Part shown: piece by piece, positions 1 to 8,521 of the stretch
Numbering within the stretch: position 1 is the first letter of the stretch
Layout: each line of letters begins with the position of its first letter
Virus record (IMG/VR): IMGVR_UViG_3300027826_000008
Strand: one strand, 5' to 3'
Length of the DNA stretch: 64,000 nt
DNA from: an uncultured virus (IMG/VR IMGVR_UViG_3300027826_000008)
Lineage: Duplodnaviria > Heunggongvirae > Uroviricota > Caudoviricetes
Notes under the pieces: model-generated
What the model was told of the DNA's origin: nothing
Seen by the model: the letters and a program-made list of their open reading frames with translations, nothing else
Databases searched by the model: none
Program-made: the position numbers and the translations under genes

Positions 1-126
1 AATGTGAAAAACCCACCAATTGCTCCCCAAAATGGGTTCTCTTTGTACCAAGGCGTTTGCTGCGTGTCTTTTGCCATGGACACAATTGTGCAAGAATATG
101 CCACGTGTGGCAAGTATATAATCCCC
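1..126 (-). mobile_element. Probable end (TIR) of a second IS1595-family element extending beyond the left edge
   Basis: Minus strand GGGGATTATATACTTGCC resembles the TIR GGTAATAATATACTTGAC of the neighbouring element and has the same TIR/-35/17 bp/-10/ATG layout. Confidence 0.5.
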
Positions 127-383
127 ATTAATTGCCCAACGGTGTCCCGGTCCAACCGGAAGCCGTGATCGTACGCCACAGCCATCACGGGCAGTAGGAG
201 CGCAAACACTGTAAGCGCGATGAAAAGCACCTTGGCCGAGCGCCTAGTCTTCAGCATCGCGTAAGCCAAGGTCGCAGCACACGCCACCGAGGCGAGCCCG
301 TATCCCCAATGACCCATGACGAACGGCGGCACTGCCACGAGCAGCGGCAAGGTGAACAGGACGACAGCAGCGATCTTTTTCAT
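1..383 (-). CDS. Membrane protein (MKKIAAVVLFTLPLL...), partial; reads into a probable IS end at ~126 and off the window edge
   Basis: Manual translation from ATG 383 gives three hydrophobic segments and no stop before position 1; an in-frame internal ATG at 77 has its own promoter. Confidence 0.55.
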   Translation of the reverse strand, partial: MKKIAAVVLFTLPLLVAVPPFVMGHWGYGLASVACAATLAYAMLKTRRSAKVLFIALTVFALLLPVMAVAYDHGFRLDRDTVGQLMGIIYLPHVAYSCTIVSMAKDTQQTPWYKENPFWGAIGGFFT

Positions 384-396
384 AGACTTATGCTCC

Positions 397-429
397 AAAA
401 AGCGAGGGCCGAAGGTGTCCGACCCTCGC
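397..429 (-). terminator. Intrinsic terminator-like hairpin
   Basis: Minus strand GCGAGGGTCGG...CGGCCCTCGC followed by TTTTT. Confidence 0.55.
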
Positions 430-575
430 GTGATTTTACACCCTTACAGGCCTCACCAAACGCTACATTCCAAAGGCCCCGGATCGTCCGATTGCATGTA
501 CCACAACGTCATTTTCTTAAAGACACAGACGTCGAATACTGGGGTAATAATATAGTTGACTGACTCTCATTCAAT

Positions 576-1235
576 CTACGCAGCTCCTTCCGATTTCGGC
601 TGCTCCTCTGATTCCATGCTAATCCCAAAGAGTCTGGCACATAGGTCGCAATGCGCTTGGCCTCTTCCAATGAGAATGATGGACGTGCATATCACTGTCT
701 CGAAATTAAGAAGTTGCTGCCGGGGGCGCTTCTTTTTTTCAACCTGAAGTGTTGTTGCTGTGACAACTGCCTCTATCTGCTGCTCTTTCACTTTCCAGCC
801 CGAACCCGTACCTGGAATGAAATCCGGCAAGGTTATATGCCCATGAACCTTGCAAGGCTTGATTGTCACGAAGAATGGTCCGTTCGTATTCTCGACAATT
901 TCGATGAGACGCTGACGAGCAACGAGCAGCGCAGCTGCCCAGTCCTCGGTGTGCGTTTCATGGTTCTCATCGAACATAAAGACTTTTGCTTTCGCATCGA
1001 TGACAGCTTGGCGCTCTTCGGGGACTATCGCAATTTTCTTATCGCCAGAGATGATTGCCCATCCCTTCGCTCCGCATTCGGCGATCCAATCTTTGTCGAG
1101 CATGTCATAAGGCCAACCCTGATTGTTGTGCCTCCGAATCTCCATACCCACAGCCTTTAATACCTGCGGTATCAACTTACCGTGTGTGCCGTCGAAAAAG
1201 AAAACGGGCTTAGGTTTAGGCTGCTCGTCGCTCAA
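576..1235 (-). CDS. PIN-like domain toxin (VapC45-like)
   Basis: FFFDG..., D.DWIAECGAKGWAIISGDKKI...E..AV motif; overlaps the 3' end of the DUF433 gene; TTG start. Confidence 0.8.
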   Translation of the reverse strand: MSDEQPKPKPVFFFDGTHGKLIPQVLKAVGMEIRRHNNQGWPYDMLDKDWIAECGAKGWAIISGDKKIAIVPEERQAVIDAKAKVFMFDENHETHTEDWAAALLVARQRLIEIVENTNGPFFVTIKPCKVHGHITLPDFIPGTGSGWKVKEQQIEAVVTATTLQVEKKKRPRQQLLNFETVICTSIILIGRGQAHCDLCARLFGISMESEEQPKSEGAA

Positions 1236-1989
1236 CGTACTCTATTGCCCTTCTGACCTTGGCTGGCTCTATCTCGTAATCCTCTGCGATGAATTGCTCT
1301 TCTTCGCCAGCCTTGTAGCGTTTCCAAATGCTCATGACGGGTATGCGAGTGCCGTCAATGACGGGCCTTGAGCCAGAAACGCCAGCCATGATCGAGATGA
1401 CGTTATCCTTGGGTTCTTCGGGCCTAAGTGGATAGATTTTGTAAGGTTGCGCGTCTTTGAATGGGTTAGTACCGTTTCTCACGACGCGGACGATGAATGA
1501 TTTCATGATCTCTAGCGACAGTTGCTCGCTGGAAACATTCACCAATTCCTTGATTTTCTTGACGAACAGTAATTGCCCATTAGTAAAAAAATCCTCTGAT
1601 AGCAGAGGATGCCGCGAAGCAAGCGGGTTGTTCGCAACGATATTCGAGATCGCATCCCGGACTGCCCAGAATGGCACTTTATGCTCATAGCGAGTCGCGG
1701 CAAGGATGTGGGCTTCTACAAGATTGAAGAATGATAAAAGGCCGAGATCGGGATCGGCAGGGACAATAACACGATCCCAAAATTTTTCACCCTCGTACTT
1801 GGTGTCATAGTGCCTGCCGAAGAACCAAGTCTTGAGGGTCTGGTGATCGACACCAATGTAATACGCTGCTTCTTTGACGCTGTAGAGAGGCTGCTCCCGC
1901 GAATCAATCTCCCGACGAAATCTCGCCTTTAAGAGTTTGTCCATTTCTCGGCCGGCTGCAAGGCGCTGAACAAAATCCGATGCGGACAT
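1216..1989 (-). CDS. DUF433-domain antitoxin with N-terminal HTH (VapB45-like)
   Basis: YSVKEAAYYIGV HTH, LSFFNLVE and C-terminal RPVIDGTRIPV...AGE...IAEDYEI...VRRAIEY. Confidence 0.88.
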   Translation of the reverse strand: MSASDFVQRLAAGREMDKLLKARFRREIDSREQPLYSVKEAAYYIGVDHQTLKTWFFGRHYDTKYEGEKFWDRVIVPADPDLGLLSFFNLVEAHILAATRYEHKVPFWAVRDAISNIVANNPLASRHPLLSEDFFTNGQLLFVKKIKELVNVSSEQLSLEIMKSFIVRVVRNGTNPFKDAQPYKIYPLRPEEPKDNVISIMAGVSGSRPVIDGTRIPVMSIWKRYKAGEEEQFIAEDYEIEPAKVRRAIEYVERRAA

Positions 1990-2045
1990 ACCCGTACCTC
2001 CCCATGCTAGAATGGAAACGCACGGCTGTGATACGGGTATTTTTC

Positions 2046-2234
2046 ATGCCGAAACAACCCGAGCCTTCCGCCAAGAATGTCACGGGCGATTTCGACAAGT
2101 TCACGCATTTCATGCGGAACCTTATGGCTGTTCCGCATTCGGAAATAAAAGCTAAGCTCGACACCGAGAAACAATCGAAGCAACGGCGGAAGAAACGGTC
2201 TTCCGCCTCCCACGCTTCCCACGCCAAAGATTAG
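2046..2234 (+). CDS. Small basic protein convergent with the transposase
   Basis: MPKQPEP...FDKFTHFMRNLMAVPHSEIK; its stop overlaps the transposase stop. Confidence 0.6.
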   Translation: MPKQPEPSAKNVTGDFDKFTHFMRNLMAVPHSEIKAKLDTEKQSKQRRKKRSSASHASHAKD

Positions 2235-3223
2235 AACGGCGTTTCACCCACCTTGCCAGTCACCTCCGCAAAGGTTAACCGCTTCCCCGCGATCTGCGAT
2301 AAAGCTAGAGTGAATCTCTCAGCGTCAGTGAGCTTACGCCCATTCTCATCCTTGCGGTTGTTGTATCGGAACATTTGCTCATCGAGATAACGGTGTAAGT
2401 GAAACGGCTCGACGGCCACGTAGGTTCCATTCAATCCCCGCTTGAGCAGCGACCAGAAATTCTCCAGTCCGTTTGTGTGCACCTGCCCGTCAACGTAGCG
2501 CTCCACATGATTTACGAATTCATGAACGTAGTCTTTTGGAAGTGAGCGATATACCTTCGCTTCATCGGTATAGATTTTGGAGCCGGGAGCAACCTGATCC
2601 AGAACGGCAGTTTGTAAAGACGCACGATTAACCTTTGGAACCACGGTAGCGCGAACCTTGCGCTGTTCACGATCCAATACGCCCCAAACGGCAATCTTAT
2701 TGATCAGAGCTGCATCTCCCATCGAAGTCTCACGGGCAACTTTGAATTGTGATCGACGCTTCGCGCTCATGTTCTTCGCCTTGCCGCCGACGAATGTTTC
2801 ATCCGATTCGACTTCGCTTCCCGGCCCACCCATCTTTACAAAAGTTCCGCTCTGCATTGCGAGTCTAATACGGTGCATCATGAACCATGCAGACTTTTGG
2901 GTCACTCCGATAGCGCGACCAATCTCGTAAGAGGAAATTCCGTTTCTGCAATTCGCCAAGAGCCAAGTAGCAGGCAACCACTTCTCAAGAGGAATGGGTG
3001 AATCCTCATAAACTGTGCCGATCTTGAGTGAGAACTTTTGTTTTGGATGCTTGCCATAGCAGCGATAGAGCCGCGCCTTCTCCAGATAGGTGACTTCCCC
3101 AGAACCGCAATACGGGCAGCGGACCTTGCCGTCCGACCACCGAACCGAGATCATAAACTGGCGGCAGTTCTCGTAATCTGAGAAGAACTGGATGGCTTGC
3201 TGAAGTGTCTGTGGGCCTTCCAT
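2231..3223 (-). CDS. IS1595-family (ISXO2-like) DDE transposase
   Basis: CPYC..C..H Zn ribbon, HTH (SAWFMMHRIR), EVESDETFVGG, IYTDE, HTNGLENFWSLLKR. Confidence 0.95.
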   Translation of the reverse strand: MEGPQTLQQAIQFFSDYENCRQFMISVRWSDGKVRCPYCGSGEVTYLEKARLYRCYGKHPKQKFSLKIGTVYEDSPIPLEKWLPATWLLANCRNGISSYEIGRAIGVTQKSAWFMMHRIRLAMQSGTFVKMGGPGSEVESDETFVGGKAKNMSAKRRSQFKVARETSMGDAALINKIAVWGVLDREQRKVRATVVPKVNRASLQTAVLDQVAPGSKIYTDEAKVYRSLPKDYVHEFVNHVERYVDGQVHTNGLENFWSLLKRGLNGTYVAVEPFHLHRYLDEQMFRYNNRKDENGRKLTDAERFTLALSQIAGKRLTFAEVTGKVGETPF

Positions 3224-3229
3224 GTAGAC

Positions 3230-3258
3230 ACATTAGCAAGAATGGCTTAGTCAGTCAA
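3230..3258 (-). promoter_or_regulatory. Sigma70-type transposase promoter with its -35 inside the TIR; probably leaderless
   Basis: TTGACT-17 bp-TAATGT, then 6 nt, then ATG 3223. Confidence 0.7.
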
Positions 3259-3316
3259 GTATATTATTACCGTGATTTGTGTTGCTTTCTACGGTAGGCA
3301 GTGGTACAGAATGTGC

Positions 3317-3493
3317 ATGGCCGCACAGACTGTACCCACCGAGACTCTGGAGCGTCGGGCGCCCCAAGCGCCGCGCGTGCGGCGTCACGTCCATGAGTTC
3401 TCCGTCCCGGTGTTCGCTCCCGATTTCGGGTTCGATGAGCTTCCCCTGCTCGTCGCGTATCGGTGCGCGTGCGGTCAGCTGCTCATGCGCTAG
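3317..3493 (+). CDS. Small hypothetical protein
   Basis: Preceded by TTGCTT-17 bp-TACAGA containing the CTACGGTAG palindrome; ends ...YRCACGQLLMR. Confidence 0.5.
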   Translation: MAAQTVPTETLERRAPQAPRVRRHVHEFSVPVFAPDFGFDELPLLVAYRCACGQLLMR

Positions 3494-3984
3494 GGCTTGT
3501 AGTTCCACGGCTCCGGCAGCAATCCGGTTGGGAGATACAGCGGGTGCGCAGGACTTCCGTCCGAGTTCCTCATCAGGCAATCCATCTTCAGCCCGAGCTT
3601 GCCGAAGACCTTGCCGCGCTCGCCGCCGCCTTTGCCCCACGCCGCCACGACGCGCGACACCTGGGGAAACTTCACGACGATGTACTCCTGCAGATCGTCG
3701 TAAGTGTTCCCCTGCAACCCGACGATGTCGACGCCCTTCTTTTGCGCCGCAAACATCACGCTCGGATCCGTCGAGCGGAAAGCGTAGAGATTCAGCATCA
3801 GCAAGCCGCTGTGTCCCCAGCTGCGCAGGTACTGCATCACCTTCGTGATCGTGTGATCGTCTTTGGTCTCGTCAGCGGTCGAGGGGTTCAGACCAATCAA
3901 CGCGCACCATGGCCCCTGACCCCATTCGCGCGTGAGCCAGTAGCGATAGCGGCGATCAGGCGAGAAGTGCGCGCCGGTCTTCAT
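3490..3984 (-). CDS. DUF1643 domain protein
   Basis: RYRYWLTREW, IGLNPSTAD...DD.TI, NLYAFRSTDP, AAWG, P.HPLY. Confidence 0.9.
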   Translation of the reverse strand: MKTGAHFSPDRRYRYWLTREWGQGPWCALIGLNPSTADETKDDHTITKVMQYLRSWGHSGLLMLNLYAFRSTDPSVMFAAQKKGVDIVGLQGNTYDDLQEYIVVKFPQVSRVVAAWGKGGGERGKVFGKLGLKMDCLMRNSDGSPAHPLYLPTGLLPEPWNYKP

Positions 3985-4292
3985 CGGTTGATTTCACCGA
4001 GATTTTTGACAAGAGCTACTTGGTCGCTGCCATCCCAGAGTTGAATCTGATCTTTCGGAACGTCGAGACACTCCTCGACCGGGTAGCCACACATCGACCA
4101 GGTGCTCCATGAATTGAGCGGCGGCAGGGCTCCGGCGTACGAAACGAAGCCGAGTTCCTTGATGATGCGGGACTGGAGCATCGAGACCCGCCACATCGTC
4201 GGCTCTTGCAACCTCGCTCCGATGACTCTAATCACTGCCTCTGCCGCGATGGCCTTCGAGAGCACTGCGCCGTTGGCGTCGATTTCGATCAT
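3981..4292 (-). CDS. Hypothetical phage protein
   Basis: ATGA overlaps with both neighbours. Confidence 0.6.
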   Translation of the reverse strand: MIEIDANGAVLSKAIAAEAVIRVIGARLQEPTMWRVSMLQSRIIKELGFVSYAGALPPLNSWSTWSMCGYPVEECLDVPKDQIQLWDGSDQVALVKNLGEINR

Positions 4293-4462
4293 CGTCCGAA
4301 CTCCCTCATCGTTCCACCGCAGTCCGCTACCGGACAGCCGATCTCGCCGTCGTAAGGTCCGCCGTGATCGTAGGCGTCCTTCGCTTCGCAGTCACCCAAG
4401 CGGAAGGTGCTGCCGCACCTGTCACAGACCATGGGAACATCCTCGATGGAGCCAAGGCTCAC
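4289..4462 (-). CDS. Small zinc-binding protein
   Basis: GTG start overlapping the upstream stop; CDRC...CPVADC. Confidence 0.6.
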   Translation of the reverse strand: MSLGSIEDVPMVCDRCGSTFRLGDCEAKDAYDHGGPYDGEIGCPVADCGGTMREFGR

Positions 4463-5313
4463 CGCGGGAACTCCCTCACCCTCAGCGCCTCGGGCCATTC
4501 GGCGGGATCTCCGCCTTTGCGGTCGTTCGTCCGGTATCTATTGGAAACTTCGGGCTCTCCTTTTGACATCCACCAAGGATTGCTCCCGATCTGCTTCATG
4601 AAGAACGGCACGTTGGCCGCCCGGCATTGCTTGAGCAGGACCTCTGCCCATGCGAGATTGAACGGCCGCGCGCCTGGGCCGCTTTCGCCGCCGCAGATCA
4701 CCCAGTTAACGCCGGGTGCTAAACAATACGGCGTTAGTTGGCGATGCGCGCGCACCAGGTCAATCGCCTGCAGCATCGGCTCGACGCTTAGGAATATCAC
4801 TGCAGCGAGCGTCCGCAATAGCTCCGGAACTCGCTCGTCGGCGCGGTGCTGATCTTCGACGGACACCCCAAAGTGCATGTGGCTGCCAAACGTCACACCC
4901 CAATGCTCTTGTGTGCGATTCACCAGCACGCGCATACGCTCGGCGCGTTTGGTCAGGAATTGAAACGTGTGACGCGGTGTTTCGTGGGCGACGCGCAGCA
5001 CCTCGGTGATGAATGCGATCGGGATCTGCTCATGGAACAGATCGAACATATCGCCCACGAAGATCCTGGCGGGCTTCTTGCGGGCCACGGGCTCGGCGAG
5101 CATCCTGTCTTTCAAAAAGAATTCGGTGTGCGCGAGGTTCGGCACCTCGTACTCGTCGCCGGTTCCGAATCTGCGATTGATGGTCGAGGCGTAGCAGTTC
5201 TTGCATCCTGGCGAGATGCGAGTGCAGAACGTGCCTATACGTCGGCTCCGATTGTTTCGCGCGCGGATCGGATTCCACGTGAAATCGGTCCATTCGATCG
5301 AGGTGCGATTCAC
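4459..5313 (-). CDS. DUF5131 / phage Gp37-Gp68 family protein
   Basis: TSIEWTDFTWNP, CTRISPGCKNCYA, DMFDLFH, FQFLTKR, SVEP, WVICGGESG; GTG start. Confidence 0.92.
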   Translation of the reverse strand: MNRTSIEWTDFTWNPIRARNNRSRRIGTFCTRISPGCKNCYASTINRRFGTGDEYEVPNLAHTEFFLKDRMLAEPVARKKPARIFVGDMFDLFHEQIPIAFITEVLRVAHETPRHTFQFLTKRAERMRVLVNRTQEHWGVTFGSHMHFGVSVEDQHRADERVPELLRTLAAVIFLSVEPMLQAIDLVRAHRQLTPYCLAPGVNWVICGGESGPGARPFNLAWAEVLLKQCRAANVPFFMKQIGSNPWWMSKGEPEVSNRYRTNDRKGGDPAEWPEALRVREFPR

Positions 5314-5612
5314 TGGCCCTCCTTGCGCGCTTCTGTTGTCGGGTGCAGCGCGCGAAAGCCTGCGATGATTAACTCCTTCACCTCGGTTCGATAAGCGTGG
5401 AAGCACTTACTGCAGACCATCGGCCCTTGGATCGTCAGCCCGATTCTTGCGAGGAGTTCCACGCCGCAGAGGTCGCACTTCTGCCATCCCTCTACGGTCG
5501 TGATCTGCCCACGCTCCCAAGTGCAGCGTTCGCAGTTCCCGCACGCGCTCCCGAGCACGTAGGAGCCTTTGCACGTCGCGCCTTTGAAGGTTTCGAATGG
5601 TGGCCGTTTCAT
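5310..5612 (-). CDS. Cys-rich hypothetical protein
   Basis: CGNCERC, CDLC, CSKC; coupled to neighbours. Confidence 0.6.
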   Translation of the reverse strand: MKRPPFETFKGATCKGSYVLGSACGNCERCTWERGQITTVEGWQKCDLCGVELLARIGLTIQGPMVCSKCFHAYRTEVKELIIAGFRALHPTTEARKEGQ

Positions 5613-5776
5613 CGCCCCGCCATCAGCCAGCGGAATAACTGGCTTATCAGTGAGCCGAAGCCGTACCCGGCCACCAGAAAGAACACGAGCCATGCCAGGA
5701 TTGCGGCGCCCAGCGTGAGGTTGATTTCCTTGTCTTCTCTCTCAGTTTTCGCCTGCGGCTGCTTGCTTCGCATCAT
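5609..5776 (-). CDS. Small membrane protein
   Basis: Manual translation MMRSKQ...LTLGAAILAWLVFFLVAGYGFG; its stop overlaps the next ATG. Confidence 0.5.
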   Translation of the reverse strand: MMRSKQPQAKTEREDKEINLTLGAAILAWLVFFLVAGYGFGSLISQLFRWLMAGR

Positions 5777-5972
5777 GTCCGCCTGCTCCCTTCTTTTTCG
5801 CCGGCTTCGGCTTTGCGCCGCCGATCACTTCGACCCGTACACAGCTGCAGCGCTTTACGCCCGTGTACTCTCTGCCCATCCGGCGCTCGGTGACGCGGAG
5901 CCAGCCCTGCTCGCAGCGATTCGGGCATCGCGGGTTCCATGACAGCCGGGCGCGTGGTTTCTTGCGGCTCAT
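5742..5972 (-). CDS. Small Zn-finger-like basic protein
   Basis: CPNRCEQGW...RCSC; ATGA overlap upstream. Confidence 0.55.
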   Translation of the reverse strand: MSRKKPRARLSWNPRCPNRCEQGWLRVTERRMGREYTGVKRCSCVRVEVIGGAKPKPAKKKGAGGHDAKQAAAGEN

Positions 5973-6265
5973 TTCTCGACGGTCCCCAACTCCTGCGAAT
6001 ACGCGAGGTACTTCTCGATCTTTTGCCACTTCGCGGTGTAGTGCGCTTTCAGGTCCGCTTCGGCAAGCGTGATTAGTCCGTACACGTCCATCAGCGCGAT
6101 GACCGCCATCAGGTCGTAAATCTCCAGCATGAGCCGCTCCGTGTTGGTCTTGTCCTGGCCGGGCTCTTTCTCGCCCGCGGTAAATTGCATGAGCTTCGAG
6201 GCGCGCTGTTGCACCTCGGCGCATTCCTCCATCAGCTTCACGTACAGGTGCTCGATCTTCGTCAT
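5969..6265 (-). CDS. MazG-like nucleotide pyrophosphohydrolase
   Basis: LMEECAEVQQ..SK and LMLEIYDL acidic motifs. Confidence 0.7.
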   Translation of the reverse strand: MTKIEHLYVKLMEECAEVQQRASKLMQFTAGEKEPGQDKTNTERLMLEIYDLMAVIALMDVYGLITLAEADLKAHYTAKWQKIEKYLAYSQELGTVEK

Positions 6266-6825
6266 GCCTTGCTCCGATCCGGATACTTCGACTGCACCGC
6301 AGCTACCTGCGCGTTGCGTCGACGCTCCAACTCTTCGCGCGAGGGAGGTTCGTAGTCCGATGGCGGCGTGGCGTGAAGGGCCGCGCCGATCGGCGCCATC
6401 CCAGCGACCGGCTGGGGCGCTTCGAGATCGGGATGCTTCTTGCGGAACTGCGCCAGCACGTCCGCAAATCCGTAGAGATTCCCCTTCTGCCGCGCTGCTT
6501 CGTTCTGCTTGCGCTCCTCGTGCTCCCGGTGTGCCCGTTCCTCGTCAGCCTTGGCGCGGTGCCAGGCGCGCACCTTCTCGCGAATGTCGTACACCGAGGG
6601 GAAGAACGGCGACTCATCGCGCCACGCGCGAAAGGCGTATTCGATCGCCTCGACGGGCTCGCGCTTAAAAACCCGGGCGAACTCAGCCACCAACTCGCTG
6701 GCTGGCTCGCTTTTCGCGTTCATGGCCGTGAGGTGAATCTGCACGGCGAGCGTCCTTTGTGATTCCGTCAAGAACGTTGTTGCCAACGCGCTCTGAACGT
6801 GTAGTGGGATCATTGAATTTTCCAT
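6262..6825 (-). CDS. Putative helicase loader / replication accessory protein
   Basis: Directly follows the initiator; contains AFRAWRDESPFFPSVYDIRE. Confidence 0.5.
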   Translation of the reverse strand: MENSMIPLHVQSALATTFLTESQRTLAVQIHLTAMNAKSEPASELVAEFARVFKREPVEAIEYAFRAWRDESPFFPSVYDIREKVRAWHRAKADEERAHREHEERKQNEAARQKGNLYGFADVLAQFRKKHPDLEAPQPVAGMAPIGAALHATPPSDYEPPSREELERRRNAQVAAVQSKYPDRSKA

Positions 6826-7519
6826 GGGTGCTCCTATCCCATTCGCGAGGATCTGTGAGGTATTGCGAGTGGCGGAAAAAGTTGTGTGGAGATGGCGCTA
6901 GTTGGCGCTCCGACACAGGCCAACGCTTAACCGCTTCTCCGAATGATTTCGTGCCAGCCCAAACAAGATCGCGCCCGTGGCGAGCGATCGCCTCCCCGAT
7001 AAGGTTGGCCACATCGATCGGAATGTGCAGCGGGTCTTTGACCTTGGGATGGAAGCCTGCGATTTCACGAATTTCGCTTTCAATGTCTTGATTAAGATCA
7101 ACTGCAGAATCAGAGTAAGAATCACAATCACAGGGGTTGCTGCTGCTTTGCTCTGTTTTTGGCTCATGCATTGCATCAGCAACTTGCACATGCTTTGCAT
7201 TAGCCCAGCGCTTAGAAGCTGCGTAAGCCCTGCGTTTGTAAGACTTTTCCGCCTTGTCCAGTTCGGCGTCCATGCGCTGCTGCCTGTACCGCCCGCCCTC
7301 TAAGCGAAAGAACTCGCTCAAGACAGCCGATACGTTGCTCTTACTTTGCTCATCCATTGCATGTGCAATGCAGAAGCATTGCTCAAGCTCGGCTGGCAAA
7401 GAACCTCGCTGCCAGTAGTGCATCAGAAGCAGCATGTAGGCTCCGTGCTGGCCTTGGGTAAGGTGCGTGGTGTCGCCGAGATAGTCCCCGATATAAAGCG
7501 GCATCCACGCCTTGCTCAT
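6683..7519 (-). CDS. DUF1376 (YdaU-like) replication initiator
   Basis: WMPLYIGDYLGDTTHL...HGAYMLLLMHYW N-terminus. Confidence 0.88.
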   Translation of the reverse strand: MSKAWMPLYIGDYLGDTTHLTQGQHGAYMLLLMHYWQRGSLPAELEQCFCIAHAMDEQSKSNVSAVLSEFFRLEGGRYRQQRMDAELDKAEKSYKRRAYAASKRWANAKHVQVADAMHEPKTEQSSSNPCDCDSYSDSAVDLNQDIESEIREIAGFHPKVKDPLHIPIDVANLIGEAIARHGRDLVWAGTKSFGEAVKRWPVSERQLAPSPHNFFRHSQYLTDPREWDRSTHGKFNDPTTRSERVGNNVLDGITKDARRADSPHGHEREKRASQRVGG

Positions 7520-7947
7520 TGGACCGACCCCTCTAGTTCCTCCTCGTTTGGAAGCGGAAGAACGTGATTTTCTAGGTCATTCCATAGCTCGATCACACCA
7601 GCGGCTGCCGCGAACTCACCCTCTGATCTGAACCTCTTCAGAATGCTGATCAGCTGAAAATCTGAAAACAAAACTTCGACCTTGAGAAAGTGGTCAATGT
7701 CAATTTGGTTCAGCGCGAACCACTCGCCGTTCAGTCTCTTGGCCTCAAATTCCGCATGGAGTTTCCGTTCGTAGCTGTGGCGGTCGGTAACAAAAAATAT
7801 GCAGACCAACTCGATCGGGAAGGGTAGCTGTATAGCCAGCCGTTTAATCCTGGCATCCACGTACTTGGTTTGCCCGATTTTGTAGAAACCCTGCGGGCAA
7901 CCAATTACGTAGATGAATCCTGGGGCGTTTTTTTGCTCAGCGCTCAT
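7516..7947 (-). CDS. GIY-YIG nuclease, T5orf172/MUG113-like
   Basis: GFIYVI...YKIGQT...RIKRL...ERKLHAEF..KRLNGEWF. Confidence 0.85.
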   Translation of the reverse strand: MSAEQKNAPGFIYVIGCPQGFYKIGQTKYVDARIKRLAIQLPFPIELVCIFFVTDRHSYERKLHAEFEAKRLNGEWFALNQIDIDHFLKVEVLFSDFQLISILKRFRSEGEFAAAAGVIELWNDLENHVLPLPNEEELEGSVQ

Positions 7948-8111
7948 TTTTTGGCCTGGGCTCGCTTCCAATCCCTGACGTATGCCGCGTTTGCCTGCGT
8001 GCATTCCGGACAACGGCATCCACGGCTGTACTTGGCCCGACTGCCATGGAGCGCTGGCCTGACTCGATCCAGCACCGGCAGTAACACCCGTTTCTTTTTG
8101 CGTCCTACCAT
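7944..8111 (-). CDS. Small Cys/His basic protein, first gene of the leftward arm
   Basis: HG...Y..GCRCPEC..AN..Y; preceded by ATGACG-17 bp-TAGCGT, 7 nt, ATG. Confidence 0.65.
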   Translation of the reverse strand: MVGRKKKRVLLPVLDRVRPALHGSRAKYSRGCRCPECTQANAAYVRDWKRAQAKK

Positions 8112-8195
8112 AGCGGGCACGCTACCACATACCCCTGTGCGCGTCATTGTGCAAAAGCAAGTTCCCTCCAGTAATGGCGCGGTTAATTTTAGTAG

Positions 8196-8263
8196 TTGAC
8201 AACATTCTACAGTAGGGGGTAGAGTGTCACCTTGGATGGTGCAAAGAGGGAATGGAGGCCCTC
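8196..8263 (+). promoter_or_regulatory. Early promoter with operator and 5'UTR hairpin, copy 1
   Basis: TTGACA-18 bp-TAGAGT, CTACAGTAG in the spacer, GAGGG-AATGGAGG-CCCTC hairpin. Confidence 0.8.
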
Positions 8264-8267
8264 GAAT

Positions 8268-8519
8268 ATGAATCTAGCCCACCTTGCAGCGGACATCCTG
8301 CTGGCTCCGTACGGAAAGAGCCACGAGGATCTCCCGAATGAGCCCGACGATGTAACGCCCGACCCGACCTACACGGGCGAATACGAACTCTTCAACACGG
8401 CGACTGAGGAAGTGGAGGAGTACACGCTCCTCACCGCAAAACAAGCCAGCAAGTTCAACGAGGAACTCCGGGCCGAGCACGATGACCGGCGCTGGGTGCC
8501 GTTCTGCGAGGTGGCCTAG
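8268..8519 (+). CDS. Hypothetical acidic early protein
   Basis: First gene after the promoter, GGAGG upstream. Confidence 0.7.
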   Translation: MNLAHLAADILLAPYGKSHEDLPNEPDDVTPDPTYTGEYELFNTATEEVEEYTLLTAKQASKFNEELRAEHDDRRWVPFCEVA

Positions 8520-8521
8520 CC

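Larger units (their letters stand above)
543..3271 (-). mobile_element. IS1595-family transporter IS carrying a toxin-antitoxin pair
   Basis: 23-bp inverted repeats at 543-565 and 3249-3271 (22/23 identical) bracket the transposase and passenger genes; visibly lower GC than flanks; no target-site duplication seen. Confidence 0.9.

Noticed and set aside
430..540. Possible small RNA upstream of the 397-429 terminator
   Set aside because: No recognisable family or convincing structure by eye; it would need an Rfam search or RNA-seq
533..3280. Target-site duplication around the IS1595 element
   Set aside because: Flanks (GAATACTG / GTGATTTG and nearby registers) do not match
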